Positions 23,172-33,049 are shown, counted from the first letter of the stretch. The stretch is DNA of 64,000 nt from Prochlorococcus sp. AG-459-A02 (GCA_003212055.1 QCQW01000002.1:2698-66697); one strand, 5' to 3'. Translations and numbers: made by a program. Notes: generated from the letters alone by a model not told the origin.

Positions 23172-23209
23172 ATCTAGCATAATGCTTATTACTCCAAAAA
23201 TCATCTATT

Positions 23210-23283
<74 letters not shown>

Positions 23284-23361
23284 TAAATATAAAAAACTAT
23301 ATGTAGTATGTGTGCAAACTTGCTACTCTCTAGCTAGCGTATAGTTAGTAGTAAATCTTTT

Positions 23362-23694
23362 ATGGCTAAGTTGCATGATATGCGTTTAAAGCTCTTAATT
23401 CAACAAGAGCATGAACGCATTTCTAAATCCCGACCTAACGATTTAGATCTTTCAATAGTTCAAGCAAGATGCTTGTGCTGGCTTGCTCTATTGGCAGAAG
23501 CTCACGAAGATCAAGCAAATGATGCAGAAAAAAGAGGCGATGCCGAGCAAGCGATGGGATGGTTTGCTGATTCTATGAGACTAAGAGATGTTATTAATTT
23601 GGTTACTAGTATTGAGATACCTTTGCCAGATAGTCCAGATTCACTCGATGAAAATGACGAATTATTGGATGGCCCTACAATTTTGCCCAAATAG
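23362..23694 (+). CDS. Conserved hypothetical protein (helical, acidic C-terminus)
   Basis: 110-aa ATG ORF with non-random composition. Confidence 0.8.
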   Translation: MAKLHDMRLKLLIQQEHERISKSRPNDLDLSIVQARCLCWLALLAEAHEDQANDAEKRGDAEQAMGWFADSMRLRDVINLVTSIEIPLPDSPDSLDENDELLDGPTILPK

Positions 23695-23725
23695 TGAGAT
23701 GATATAAAAAGAATTATATTTCCTT

Positions 23726-24181
23726 TTGGCTGAAGAACCATGTCAATGCTCTGATTGTCAGAGATTTTATAAAGAGCATGATCGTCTTATCAGAGAATTT
23801 CCTACTTTTAAGCAGCAACAAGAATTGAATTGGGCATCTATTCAATCGTTCAGAACTCTTTGCACTAAGATTACTGATGAGTTGCAGAAAGAATTATCTG
23901 AAAGAGAATCAAATAAAGATATTAGTTCAGAAGAAAAACATATTTCTGATACAGAAATTACCGAAGCTTTAGATGAACTTGAAAGTGTTAATGCCTATTT
24001 ATATTCAATTGAAGCATTAATGGAAAGAATATTTGATACAAAAATTTCAAACAATATTGAATCAAAATTTAAAGAAATTGCTAATGAATTAGCTCCAGAC
24101 CCATTGAATATGGATCGATTAATATTGAATAGATTATTTCATCAAACTCCAGATTCACCAGACAAGAAAAATCTTAATTAG
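23726..24181 (+). CDS. Conserved hypothetical protein with N-terminal CxCxxC
   Basis: 151-aa TTG ORF, PCQCSDCQRFY, then coiled-coil-like acidic region. Confidence 0.78.
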   Translation: MAEEPCQCSDCQRFYKEHDRLIREFPTFKQQQELNWASIQSFRTLCTKITDELQKELSERESNKDISSEEKHISDTEITEALDELESVNAYLYSIEALMERIFDTKISNNIESKFKEIANELAPDPLNMDRLILNRLFHQTPDSPDKKNLN

Positions 24182-26738
24182 TTAATTTTTCGACGTCGCA
24201 AGTAATTTCAACTGGCATTGGAGAGACTTTCCAAATAGATTTACAGTATTCTCTAATAGATCTATCTGAAGAAAAATATCCTGATCTAGCAGTATTTAAT
24301 AATGCCATTTTATTCCAAGATGTTTTGTGATTCCAGCATTCACTGACCACATCCTGTTTATTTAAGTAGTCTTCAAAGTCAGCCATAACAAAAAATGGGT
24401 CATGTCCAGTCAAGCTATTTAATAAAGGTTTAAATAATTCTTTATCCCCATTGCTAAAGTGGCCAATTTCAATTAGCCGTATAACCTCCTTAAGCTCTGG
24501 ACATTTATCAATAAAAGTTTTGGGAGAGTAATTATTATGTTTTAAGTCCATAATTTCGCTTTCAGTTTTACCAAAAAGAAAGAAATTTTCTTTTTTCACA
24601 AGATCTCTTAATTCCACATTAGCTCCATCTAAGGTGCCAATGGTTAACGCTCCATTCATGGCAAACTTCATATTTCCAGTCCCAGAAGCTTCTTTTCCAG
24701 CAGTTGAAATTTGTTCTGAAAGATCAGTTGCGGGATAAACTATTTCACCAAGTTTGACGTTGTAGTCTGGTAGAAAAACAACTCTTAATAAACCATCCAT
24801 ATCTGGATCTGAGTTAACTACATCAGCAATACCATTAATAAATCGAATCATTAGCTTTGCCATAAAGTAACCTGGCGCGGCCTTACCTCCGAATATTATT
24901 GTTCTTGGAACTTCATACTTGTTTGTACCATTTTTGATTCTTAAATATTGAGCAATGATTTGTAAGGCGTTTAAATGTTGTCTTTTATATTGATGAATTC
25001 TTTTTACTTGAACATCAAATAAACTTGATGGATCTACAAGTATTCCAGTTTTTGAATGAATAAAACTAGCTAATTTTCTTTTGCCATTTAGTTTAGTTTC
25101 CTCAAATTTTTGTAAAAAATTGTTGTCATCTTTTTTTTCTTCTAACTTCTTCAGAAGTTCCATGTTTGTTATCCAATTTGGACCAACTTCTTTTTCTAGT
25201 AGGTTTGATAATGATGGATTAGACAGGGCAACCCATCTTCTTGGGGTCACCCCATTAGTTACATTTGTAAATTTTTCGGGCCATAGAGCTGCAAATTCTG
25301 GAAGAAGTTGCCTTTTTATTAGATCTGAGTGAAGAGCTGCAACACCATTGATATGATGTGCTCCAATTGTAGCCAAATGAGCCATCCGAACTGATTTGGA
25401 ACCTTCTTCATCAATAATCGAGAGTTTTTGAAGGATCTTGTCATCACCTGGATAACGTAGTCTTAATTGTTGTAGAAATCTCCAATTAATTTCATAAATA
25501 ATTTCTAGATGACGAGGAAGAAGATCATTAAATAAACCTAAATCCCATTTCTCTAAAGCTTCTGGAAGTAGAGTGTGGTTGGTATAAGCAACTGAGGAGG
25601 TTGTTATATTCCAAGCTTTATCCCAACCTATTTGATATTGGTCAATAAGAAGTCGCATTAACTCTGCAACTGCAATAGCAGGATGTGTATCGTTTAATTG
25701 GACTGTCCAATGTTTAGCGAATTCTGTGATTGGTATTGATCTTTTTTCAAGGCTTCTCAACATATCCTGAAGAGAACAACTTACAAAAAAGTGTTGTTGT
25801 TTGAGTCTTAATCTTCTACCTTCGTCAGTTCCATCATTTGGATATAAAACTTTTGAAAGAGTTTCAGATGCAACTTTTTCTTCTACTGCACCATAATAAT
25901 CACCAATATTGAATGCATAAAAGTCAAAACTTTCAGTTGCATCAGCTCTCCATAATCTTAATCTATCACATGTGTTTACTCTGTATCCTAAAACTGGAAC
26001 ATCATGAGGTACTCCAATCGCATGTTCTGAAGGGATCCATCTTGATCTGTAATTCCCTTTATCATCTCTATAACTTTCAGTTCTGCCTCCAAAACCAACG
26101 AAACATGATTCATCCGGTTGTGGAAGTTCCCATGGCCATCCACCCTTTAACCATTTGTCAGTTACTTCTACTTGCCAACCATCCCTTATTAACTGATTGA
26201 ATATGCCAAATTCATATCTAATACCATAACCAACTGCTGGAACTTGTAGAGATGCTAATGATTCCATATAACATGCTGCAAGTCTGCCAAGTCCACCATT
26301 ACCTAATCCAGGCTCTTCTTCTACTTCAAGAATTGTTGCCAATGATTCAATGCCGAATCTTTTTAAAGCATCTTCTGCCTCTTGAGTTATTCCAAGATTG
26401 AGTAGATTATTACTTAATTGAGGGCCTATTAAAAATTCTGCTGATAAGTATGCGACTGTTTTTTGTGGTTTTTTTCTTATTACTTCTTGACTGGCTAAAT
26501 ATCTTGTCATTAGCCTATCTTTAACAGCATAACTTAAAGCCATATATAAGTCGTGAGGACTTGCAGAAGTAGCTAATTTGCCGAGAGTATAAAAGAGATG
26601 CGCTGTCATCCCTTGAAAAACAGCATCAGAATCCATTCCAGCTTTCTCAGGATCTAAGTAGCAGCCTGGGGTAGGCAAACGTAGATCAAAGGGTTCGTTG
26701 GTATTCATTGGATTAGACATATAATTGACAATAGCCAT
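24174..26738 (-). CDS. glgP: Glycogen/starch phosphorylase (start may be a slightly downstream Met)
   Basis: LGNGGLGRLAAC, QLNDTHP, KRIHQYKRQ, EASGTGNMKF PLP motif. Confidence 0.97.
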   Translation of the reverse strand: MAIVNYMSNPMNTNEPFDLRLPTPGCYLDPEKAGMDSDAVFQGMTAHLFYTLGKLATSASPHDLYMALSYAVKDRLMTRYLASQEVIRKKPQKTVAYLSAEFLIGPQLSNNLLNLGITQEAEDALKRFGIESLATILEVEEEPGLGNGGLGRLAACYMESLASLQVPAVGYGIRYEFGIFNQLIRDGWQVEVTDKWLKGGWPWELPQPDESCFVGFGGRTESYRDDKGNYRSRWIPSEHAIGVPHDVPVLGYRVNTCDRLRLWRADATESFDFYAFNIGDYYGAVEEKVASETLSKVLYPNDGTDEGRRLRLKQQHFFVSCSLQDMLRSLEKRSIPITEFAKHWTVQLNDTHPAIAVAELMRLLIDQYQIGWDKAWNITTSSVAYTNHTLLPEALEKWDLGLFNDLLPRHLEIIYEINWRFLQQLRLRYPGDDKILQKLSIIDEEGSKSVRMAHLATIGAHHINGVAALHSDLIKRQLLPEFAALWPEKFTNVTNGVTPRRWVALSNPSLSNLLEKEVGPNWITNMELLKKLEEKKDDNNFLQKFEETKLNGKRKLASFIHSKTGILVDPSSLFDVQVKRIHQYKRQHLNALQIIAQYLRIKNGTNKYEVPRTIIFGGKAAPGYFMAKLMIRFINGIADVVNSDPDMDGLLRVVFLPDYNVKLGEIVYPATDLSEQISTAGKEASGTGNMKFAMNGALTIGTLDGANVELRDLVKKENFFLFGKTESEIMDLKHNNYSPKTFIDKCPELKEVIRLIEIGHFSNGDKELFKPLLNSLTGHDPFFVMADFEDYLNKQDVVSECWNHKTSWNKMALLNTARSGYFSSDRSIREYCKSIWKVSPMPVEITCDVEKLTN

Positions 26739-26827
26739 TTTTTTGAAAATTTCTTTGTTGTAACTTCAGATCCACACTTGTTGAGTATTTTTGCTTTTTT
26801 CTTACATATTTCTTAAAGTGGGCCCTC

Positions 26828-26862
26828 AATAAACTATCTTCCAATTAGGTAGTTTATTTTTT
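26828..26862 (+). terminator. Intrinsic-terminator-like hairpin in the leader of the Na+/H+ antiporter gene
   Basis: AATAAACTATCT-TCCAATT-AGGTAGTTTATT (12 bp, one G-U) followed by T residues, 12 nt before the ATG at 26875. Confidence 0.4.
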
Positions 26863-26874
26863 CTCTCATTTCAT

Positions 26875-28242
26875 ATGTATTCTTTACTTGCTGAATTAAG
26901 TGCACATGATTTAGAAGTTGCTGAAACGTTGATAGGAGTTATAAGGTTTCTATTGATATTTTTAGCTGCAAGAGCATTAGCAGAAGTATTAGTAAGACTA
27001 AGTTTACCAACCATAGTAGGCGAGCTTCTTGCAGGGGTTGTAATAGGGGCATCAGGATTCCATTTGTTGATACCGCCCTCAGCAGGAACCGAATTAAATG
27101 AAGGACTTGTAAATGTTATCAGCTCATTAGCTTCGATCCCTCCAGAAGCTGTACCTGATGTTTATTTCGAAAGTTTTCCATCCCTCCAAGCAGTAGCAAC
27201 TCTTGGGTTATATGCTCTTCTATTTTTGACAGGATTAGAAAGTGAGTTAGAGGAATTAGTAGCTGTAGGAGCTCAAGCTTTTACTGTTGCTATGGCTGGT
27301 GTAATTTTACCGTTTGCCTTTGGCACTTTAGGATTAATGTTTATTTTCCAAGTAGATCTAATTCCAGCAGTTTTTGCTGGAGCATCTATGACAGCAACAA
27401 GTATAGGAATTACTGCAAGTGTTTTTGGTGAGTTGGGATATTTAAAAACTAGAGAAGGACAGATTGTTATTGGAGCGGCTGTTTTGGATGATATTTTGGG
27501 TATTGTTATTCTCGCAGTTGTAGTCGCCCTTGCTGCAGGAGGTTCTTTAGAAATTGCTCCTATCGTTAAATTAGTTGCAGCAGCTGTAGTATTTGTTATT
27601 GCTGCTATTGCATTAAGTAGAACAGCTGCACCCGGCTTTGATTGGTTATTAGATAGATTAAAGGCCCCTGGAGCAGTAGTTGTAGCTTCTTTTGTAATAC
27701 TTGTTTTGTGTTGTTTTGTCGCAACAGCAATTGGATTGGAAGCAGCTTTAGGTGCTTTTGCAGCTGGACTAATTCTTAGTAGTTCTAAAAATAATCACGC
27801 AATTCAACAATCCGTTTTACCTTTAGTATCCTTATTCGCAACTATTTTCTTTGTACTAGTAGGAGCTGGAATGGATTTATCAGTTATCAATCCACTTGAT
27901 CCAACAAGTAGGTCAGCACTTGTAGTTGCTGGATTTTTATTAGTTGTAGCAATTATTGGAAAAATTGCAGCAGGATGGGTATTTTCAAGTGATAAACCTA
28001 CAAATAGATTAGTTGTAGGTTTAGGTATGATGCCTAGAGGAGAGGTTGGTTTAATTTTCCTTGGATTAGGAACAAGCGCTAAGTTGTTAACTCCTTCTCT
28101 TGAAGCAGCTATTTTATTAATGGTCATTGGAACTACATTCCTTGCACCTGTTCTCTTGAGAATTGTTCTAAAAGATAAGCCTCCAAATGATGGTAATAAA
28201 ATTTCAGATGATGTTGCAGCTGATCCTGTCGGTCTTCTTTAG
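26875..28242 (+). CDS. CPA2-family Na+/H+ antiporter (NhaS3-like)
   Basis: Many TM helices, GAAVLDDILG, GMMPRGEVGLI. Confidence 0.92.
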   Translation: MYSLLAELSAHDLEVAETLIGVIRFLLIFLAARALAEVLVRLSLPTIVGELLAGVVIGASGFHLLIPPSAGTELNEGLVNVISSLASIPPEAVPDVYFESFPSLQAVATLGLYALLFLTGLESELEELVAVGAQAFTVAMAGVILPFAFGTLGLMFIFQVDLIPAVFAGASMTATSIGITASVFGELGYLKTREGQIVIGAAVLDDILGIVILAVVVALAAGGSLEIAPIVKLVAAAVVFVIAAIALSRTAAPGFDWLLDRLKAPGAVVVASFVILVLCCFVATAIGLEAALGAFAAGLILSSSKNNHAIQQSVLPLVSLFATIFFVLVGAGMDLSVINPLDPTSRSALVVAGFLLVVAIIGKIAAGWVFSSDKPTNRLVVGLGMMPRGEVGLIFLGLGTSAKLLTPSLEAAILLMVIGTTFLAPVLLRIVLKDKPPNDGNKISDDVAADPVGLL

Positions 28243-28285
28243 GAAATAAGTTTATTAGAATCAGTCAACATAGAACTTTCAATAA

Positions 28286-29185
28286 ATGGAAAAGTCAGCT
28301 CTTATAGATAGTGATGTAAATTATGACTGGAATTTTTTAAATTACCCAATACATACTGTTTCTGCTAAGCCTGAGAAAACATCAAAAGATTGTGCAATTT
28401 TATTAATTCATGGTTTCGGAGCCTCCACGGATCATTGGAGGTTCAATATCCCTACTTTGAGTAACAAATACGAAGTTCATGCTATGGATCTTCTTGGATT
28501 TGGAAAAAGTCCTAAGCCCCAAGATGTTGAATACTCAGGATCTTTATGGAAGGATCAGGTTGTAGCCTATGTAAAAGAGAAAATAAAAAAACCTACAATT
28601 GTTGTTGGCAATTCATTAGGTGGTTATGCAGCATTAGCAGCTGGTTCAGAATTAAATGAGCTCAATGCAGGAGTGATATTACTTAATGCTGCAGGATATT
28701 TTAGTGAAGAAAAAACTATCAAAAAGAATATATTGCAAACTTCAATTGAAACAGTTGCTGGAATATTTTTGAAAAATGTTGTTCTTCAACGTTTGATTTT
28801 TGAGAATATGAGAAATCCAAAAAATATTAAAAAAACTTTGAATCAAGTTTATGTTGATAAAAAAAATGTTGATGATTTTTTAGTTGAGTCAATTAGAAAG
28901 CCTTCTCTAGATTATGGAGCTTTTAATGTTTTTAGAAGTGTATTTAACCCATCAGGTCCTCAGGGATTGCCGTTGGATAAGTTATTCGCAAAACTCGATT
29001 CACCATTATTACTACTCTGGGGAGGCAAAGATCCATGGATGAATACTCCAAAAAAAAGAAATCTTTATAAAAAATTTACACCAAAGAAGACAAAAGAAAT
29101 CATTCTTGATGCTGGACATTGTCCTCATGATGAAATACCTGAATTAGTTAATCAGCATATTTTGGATTGGGTTGATTCGCTTTAA
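28286..29185 (+). CDS. Alpha/beta-fold hydrolase
   Basis: HGFGAS, GNSLGG, WGGKDPW, AGHCPHDE catalytic triad motifs. Confidence 0.92.
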   Translation: MEKSALIDSDVNYDWNFLNYPIHTVSAKPEKTSKDCAILLIHGFGASTDHWRFNIPTLSNKYEVHAMDLLGFGKSPKPQDVEYSGSLWKDQVVAYVKEKIKKPTIVVGNSLGGYAALAAGSELNELNAGVILLNAAGYFSEEKTIKKNILQTSIETVAGIFLKNVVLQRLIFENMRNPKNIKKTLNQVYVDKKNVDDFLVESIRKPSLDYGAFNVFRSVFNPSGPQGLPLDKLFAKLDSPLLLLWGGKDPWMNTPKKRNLYKKFTPKKTKEIILDAGHCPHDEIPELVNQHILDWVDSL

Positions 29186-29194
29186 GTAACAATT

Positions 29195-30049
29195 GTGCAA
29201 ATTAACTTACTTAATAAGGACCAAGGAATTTTTGTCTTTCAATTAGATCAAAATAACTATATTAAATTTTGCCCTGAAAGAGGAGGTGTTATTACAAATT
29301 GGGTTTCGGATGGTAAAGAGATACTTTATTTCGATGAAAAAAGATTTATGGATAAGACAAAAAGTATTAGGGGTGGCATTCCAATATTGTTTCCAATTTG
29401 TGGAAATCTAAATACGTCTACTTCAGTTTTTGGAGCAGATTATTTGCAATTAACACAACATGGTTTCGCCAGGAATGTGCAATGGAAATATTCCTTTAAT
29501 GAAAATGCAAAATCTTTATGCTTATTTTTAAATGAATCTAAAAAAACAAAAAAATATTATCCTTTTGATTTCGAACTAAGAATAGAAATTATCTTAAAGA
29601 TTAATTGTTTAGAATTTCAAATTATGATTTTCAACAAAACAGATATTGCTATGCCTATAAATTTTGGATTGCATCCTTACTTTAATGTTTCAGATTTCAA
29701 AAATTTAGAATTTATTGATAATCCACTTAATTGTCAGAATCAAGAAAAAAACATAATAAGTAATACTTTGGATGAGTTAAAAAATATTAATTTAGGAGTT
29801 GATCTACTTATGTATACTTTCGGAAGGAGCGCTTTTAGGGATAAAATTTTTAAAAGACAAGTAACTTTAAATCATCCATATCCTTTTGACCTAGGCGTTA
29901 TTTGGAGTGATCCTCCAAGAAAAATGATATGTCTTGAACCTTGGACTAGTCCCCGAAATTCTTTTGTTGATGGATTCAGAAACATTATGATTCCTTCAAA
30001 TGATAATCAAAGGTTTGATGCCTCAATACAAATAAAATCTCTTAAGTAA
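29195..30049 (+). CDS. Aldose 1-epimerase / galactose mutarotase-like protein
   Basis: RGGIPILFP, QHGFAR, FGLHPYF, CLEPW. Confidence 0.9.
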   Translation: MQINLLNKDQGIFVFQLDQNNYIKFCPERGGVITNWVSDGKEILYFDEKRFMDKTKSIRGGIPILFPICGNLNTSTSVFGADYLQLTQHGFARNVQWKYSFNENAKSLCLFLNESKKTKKYYPFDFELRIEIILKINCLEFQIMIFNKTDIAMPINFGLHPYFNVSDFKNLEFIDNPLNCQNQEKNIISNTLDELKNINLGVDLLMYTFGRSAFRDKIFKRQVTLNHPYPFDLGVIWSDPPRKMICLEPWTSPRNSFVDGFRNIMIPSNDNQRFDASIQIKSLK

Positions 30050-30062
30050 TTATGCAATACTT

Positions 30063-31412
30063 ATGAAATTTGTTGTTATTGATGATGATCCAACAGGCTC
30101 TCAAACTGTTCGTGATTGCTTATTACTTCTTAAGTGGGACTGCTCAACTTTAGTCAAAGGTTTTGAATCTAAATCTAATTTATTTTTTATTTTGGCTAAC
30201 ACAAGGTCACTATCGGAAAATGATGCAAAATCAACAATAGAGGAAATTTGCAAAAATCTTAAATCTGTAATTGCTTCTCAAGCCTATGAAGAAGAAATTA
30301 TTTTTATAAGTAGAGGAGACTCTACTCTTCGAGGACATAACTTTTTAGAGCCAAGTGCCCTAAATAGTTGCTTAGGTCCTTTTGATGCTACTTTTCATAT
30401 TCCAGCTTTCATAGAGGGTAAAAGATTAACAATTAATGGATCACAATTTGTTGATAAAACTCCTATAAGTCAAACAATTTTTGCAAGAGATAAAATTTTT
30501 GGATATGAGACCAGTAATGTCAAGAATATTTTATTTCAACAGAGTAAATCGCGAATAAATTTTGAAGATATTCAAAATCTTTTATTGTCAGATATCGAGA
30601 TTTTAAATGATGAAGAAAATAATATTATTTTTAAAACACTAAAGAAATTGAAGAATAATAAACATGTAATTGTAGATGTAGAAAACTATTCTCAACTAAA
30701 AAAATTTTCTTTAGTAATTAAAAAATTAATTAAACAAAAAAAATTTCTTTTTCGAACTGCAGCAAGTTTTATAAGTTCAATTTCTGAGAAAAAAAGTGTC
30801 TCTCATAGTGAAATATTTTTCTCTAATTTAAGAAGAAGAAATAAAGAAAAGAGTTTTCTTCCAGGACTGATAATTGTTGGATCTTATATAGAACTTTCAA
30901 CAATACAATTGAATAATTTATTAGAGATAAGTAATTGCAATCCAGTTGAATTAGATGTTGTTGAATTCTCTAATATTATTTCATCAGAAAATAATCAAAA
31001 GCGAAGGAATTTGTTTAAAAATGAATTTTTGAAAGAAATTAGATTCTCTTTTGAGAAAGGAAAAACTCCTGTTTTGTTTACTTCAAGAAAATTTATATCT
31101 TTAGATTCTTCTGAATTATTTAATTTTTATAATTTACTTGCTTGTTTTATTGCTGAATTAGTCGCAGATTTGAAGCATGAAATAGGATATTTGATTTCAA
31201 AAGGTGGAATAACAACAAATTTGATTCTTAGTAATGGACTTAATGCAGATTATGTTTATCTTGAGGGACAGATTTTAACAGGCATTTCAGTGGTGACTTA
31301 TAACCTGAAAAATGATGAAAAACTTCCTATTGTTACTCATCCTGGAAACATTGGCACTAAAGATTCACTGGTTAATATTTGGAAAGTTTTTGAAAATAAA
31401 AATAATTTTTAA
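30063..31412 (+). CDS. Four-carbon acid sugar kinase family protein (DUF1537/OtnK-like)
   Basis: DDDPTGSQTV, RGDSTLRGH, SKGGITT, PGNIG. Confidence 0.85.
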   Translation: MKFVVIDDDPTGSQTVRDCLLLLKWDCSTLVKGFESKSNLFFILANTRSLSENDAKSTIEEICKNLKSVIASQAYEEEIIFISRGDSTLRGHNFLEPSALNSCLGPFDATFHIPAFIEGKRLTINGSQFVDKTPISQTIFARDKIFGYETSNVKNILFQQSKSRINFEDIQNLLLSDIEILNDEENNIIFKTLKKLKNNKHVIVDVENYSQLKKFSLVIKKLIKQKKFLFRTAASFISSISEKKSVSHSEIFFSNLRRRNKEKSFLPGLIIVGSYIELSTIQLNNLLEISNCNPVELDVVEFSNIISSENNQKRRNLFKNEFLKEIRFSFEKGKTPVLFTSRKFISLDSSELFNFYNLLACFIAELVADLKHEIGYLISKGGITTNLILSNGLNADYVYLEGQILTGISVVTYNLKNDEKLPIVTHPGNIGTKDSLVNIWKVFENKNNF

Positions 31413-31414
31413 AA

Positions 31415-32839
31415 TTAGAAATTTGAGATAATTTCTTCAGCAAAACTGCTGCAGGATAGGGGTTCTACTTTCGGTTCCATTAAGCGTGCTAGATCATAAG
31501 TTACTTTTTTTTGCTCTATTGCCTTACTTAAACCATTAGTAATTAACTTAGCTGCTTCCTCCCAACCAAAATATTCAAGCATCATTACACCACTAAGAAT
31601 CACTGAGCCTGGATTAATCTTGTTTAAGCCTGCATGTTTTGGAGCGGTACCGTGCGTAGCTTCGAAAATTGCTGCATTATCTCCAATATTTGCACCGGGA
31701 GCCATACCTAGGCCTCCAACAATTGCTGCAGCTGCATCAGAAACATAGTCTCCATTAAGATTCAATGTTGCAAGAATTGAATATTCTTGAGGTCTAGTTT
31801 GAATTTGTTGAAATATACTATCAGCTATCCGATCATCAACAAGAATAAGTTCTCTCCATTTTCCATCTCCGTGAGAATTTGATATTGATGCAATAACTTC
31901 TTTAATTTCTTCGCAAATGAATGCTTTTTTGTTATTTGTAAGCTTGTCAAAACCTGGTTCGATTTTTCGAGCATTATTTTCAATTGTAATTTCCGGATTT
32001 TTCTGAATATTATCTAAAATCCAGCTTTCTCTTTCTGTAACGCAATCTTCTCTAAATTCATTTACTGCTAATTCATATCCCCAATCTCTAAATGCCCCTT
32101 CTGTATATTTCATAATATTCCCTTTATGTACAAGAGTCACATGCCTTTTATCTCCTGATAATCTTTTAGCATGTTCAATAGCTTTTTTAATATGCCTTTG
32201 GCTACCAGATTTACTCACCGGTTTTATTCCAATACCTGATCCGTTTGGTATGGATCTATTTTTTAAATTTTTACTTTTTGGAATGACAATGTTATTTAAG
32301 TGATTAATTAATTCAAGACAATTATTATCCTCTGCTTCCCATTCAATTCCCATGTAGATATCTTCAGTATTTTCTCTATAAACAATAACGTCTAAATTTT
32401 GGGGATTTTTGTGAGGGCTTGGAGTTCCTGAATAATATTTGCATGGTCTAACACAGCTATATAAATCAAAGATTTGCCTTAATGCAACATTAAGAGATCT
32501 AATACCTCCACCAATGGGAGTCGTTAAAGGACCTTTGATAGCTACACCAAAGTATTTAATTGCTTCAATAGTATCTTGAGGGAGATAGTTATATGTTCCA
32601 TAAAGTTCACAAGCTTCATCACCTGCATAGACTTTAAACCAATTAATTTTTCTTTCATCTCCATAGCTTTTTTTAATCGCTGAATCAAGAACGATTTGAG
32701 TAGCAGGCCAAATATCAACTCCAGTACCATCACCTCTAATAAATGGGACTATTGGATTATTAGGAACATTAGGTTTGCCTTGATTAAAAGTTATTATCTC
32801 GCCTTCATTAGGTAAAGTTAATTTTTCAAATTTTGGCAT
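31415..32839 (-). CDS. icd: NADP-dependent isocitrate dehydrogenase
   Basis: GDGTG, KGPLTTP, RSLNVALRQ, HKGNIMK, NLNGDY, EATHGTAPK. Confidence 0.97.
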   Translation of the reverse strand: MPKFEKLTLPNEGEIITFNQGKPNVPNNPIVPFIRGDGTGVDIWPATQIVLDSAIKKSYGDERKINWFKVYAGDEACELYGTYNYLPQDTIEAIKYFGVAIKGPLTTPIGGGIRSLNVALRQIFDLYSCVRPCKYYSGTPSPHKNPQNLDVIVYRENTEDIYMGIEWEAEDNNCLELINHLNNIVIPKSKNLKNRSIPNGSGIGIKPVSKSGSQRHIKKAIEHAKRLSGDKRHVTLVHKGNIMKYTEGAFRDWGYELAVNEFREDCVTERESWILDNIQKNPEITIENNARKIEPGFDKLTNNKKAFICEEIKEVIASISNSHGDGKWRELILVDDRIADSIFQQIQTRPQEYSILATLNLNGDYVSDAAAAIVGGLGMAPGANIGDNAAIFEATHGTAPKHAGLNKINPGSVILSGVMMLEYFGWEEAAKLITNGLSKAIEQKKVTYDLARLMEPKVEPLSCSSFAEEIISNF

Positions 32840-33049
32840 AGCATTGAATTAATAAAAGATAACTCATTGAAATTCCTTGTATTGTAATTTGTGATGAGTT
32901 ATTTTCTTTAAAACCTAGAAATTTATTATTCAAATGTGAATAGAGAATACTCTATTGATCAGCATTTCAACATCTTTATTAAAAGAAAAAGTAGTTAATA
33001 AGCAAGTTAATGCAAATTATGTCATTTTCAAAAAAATACTCAGCTACTT

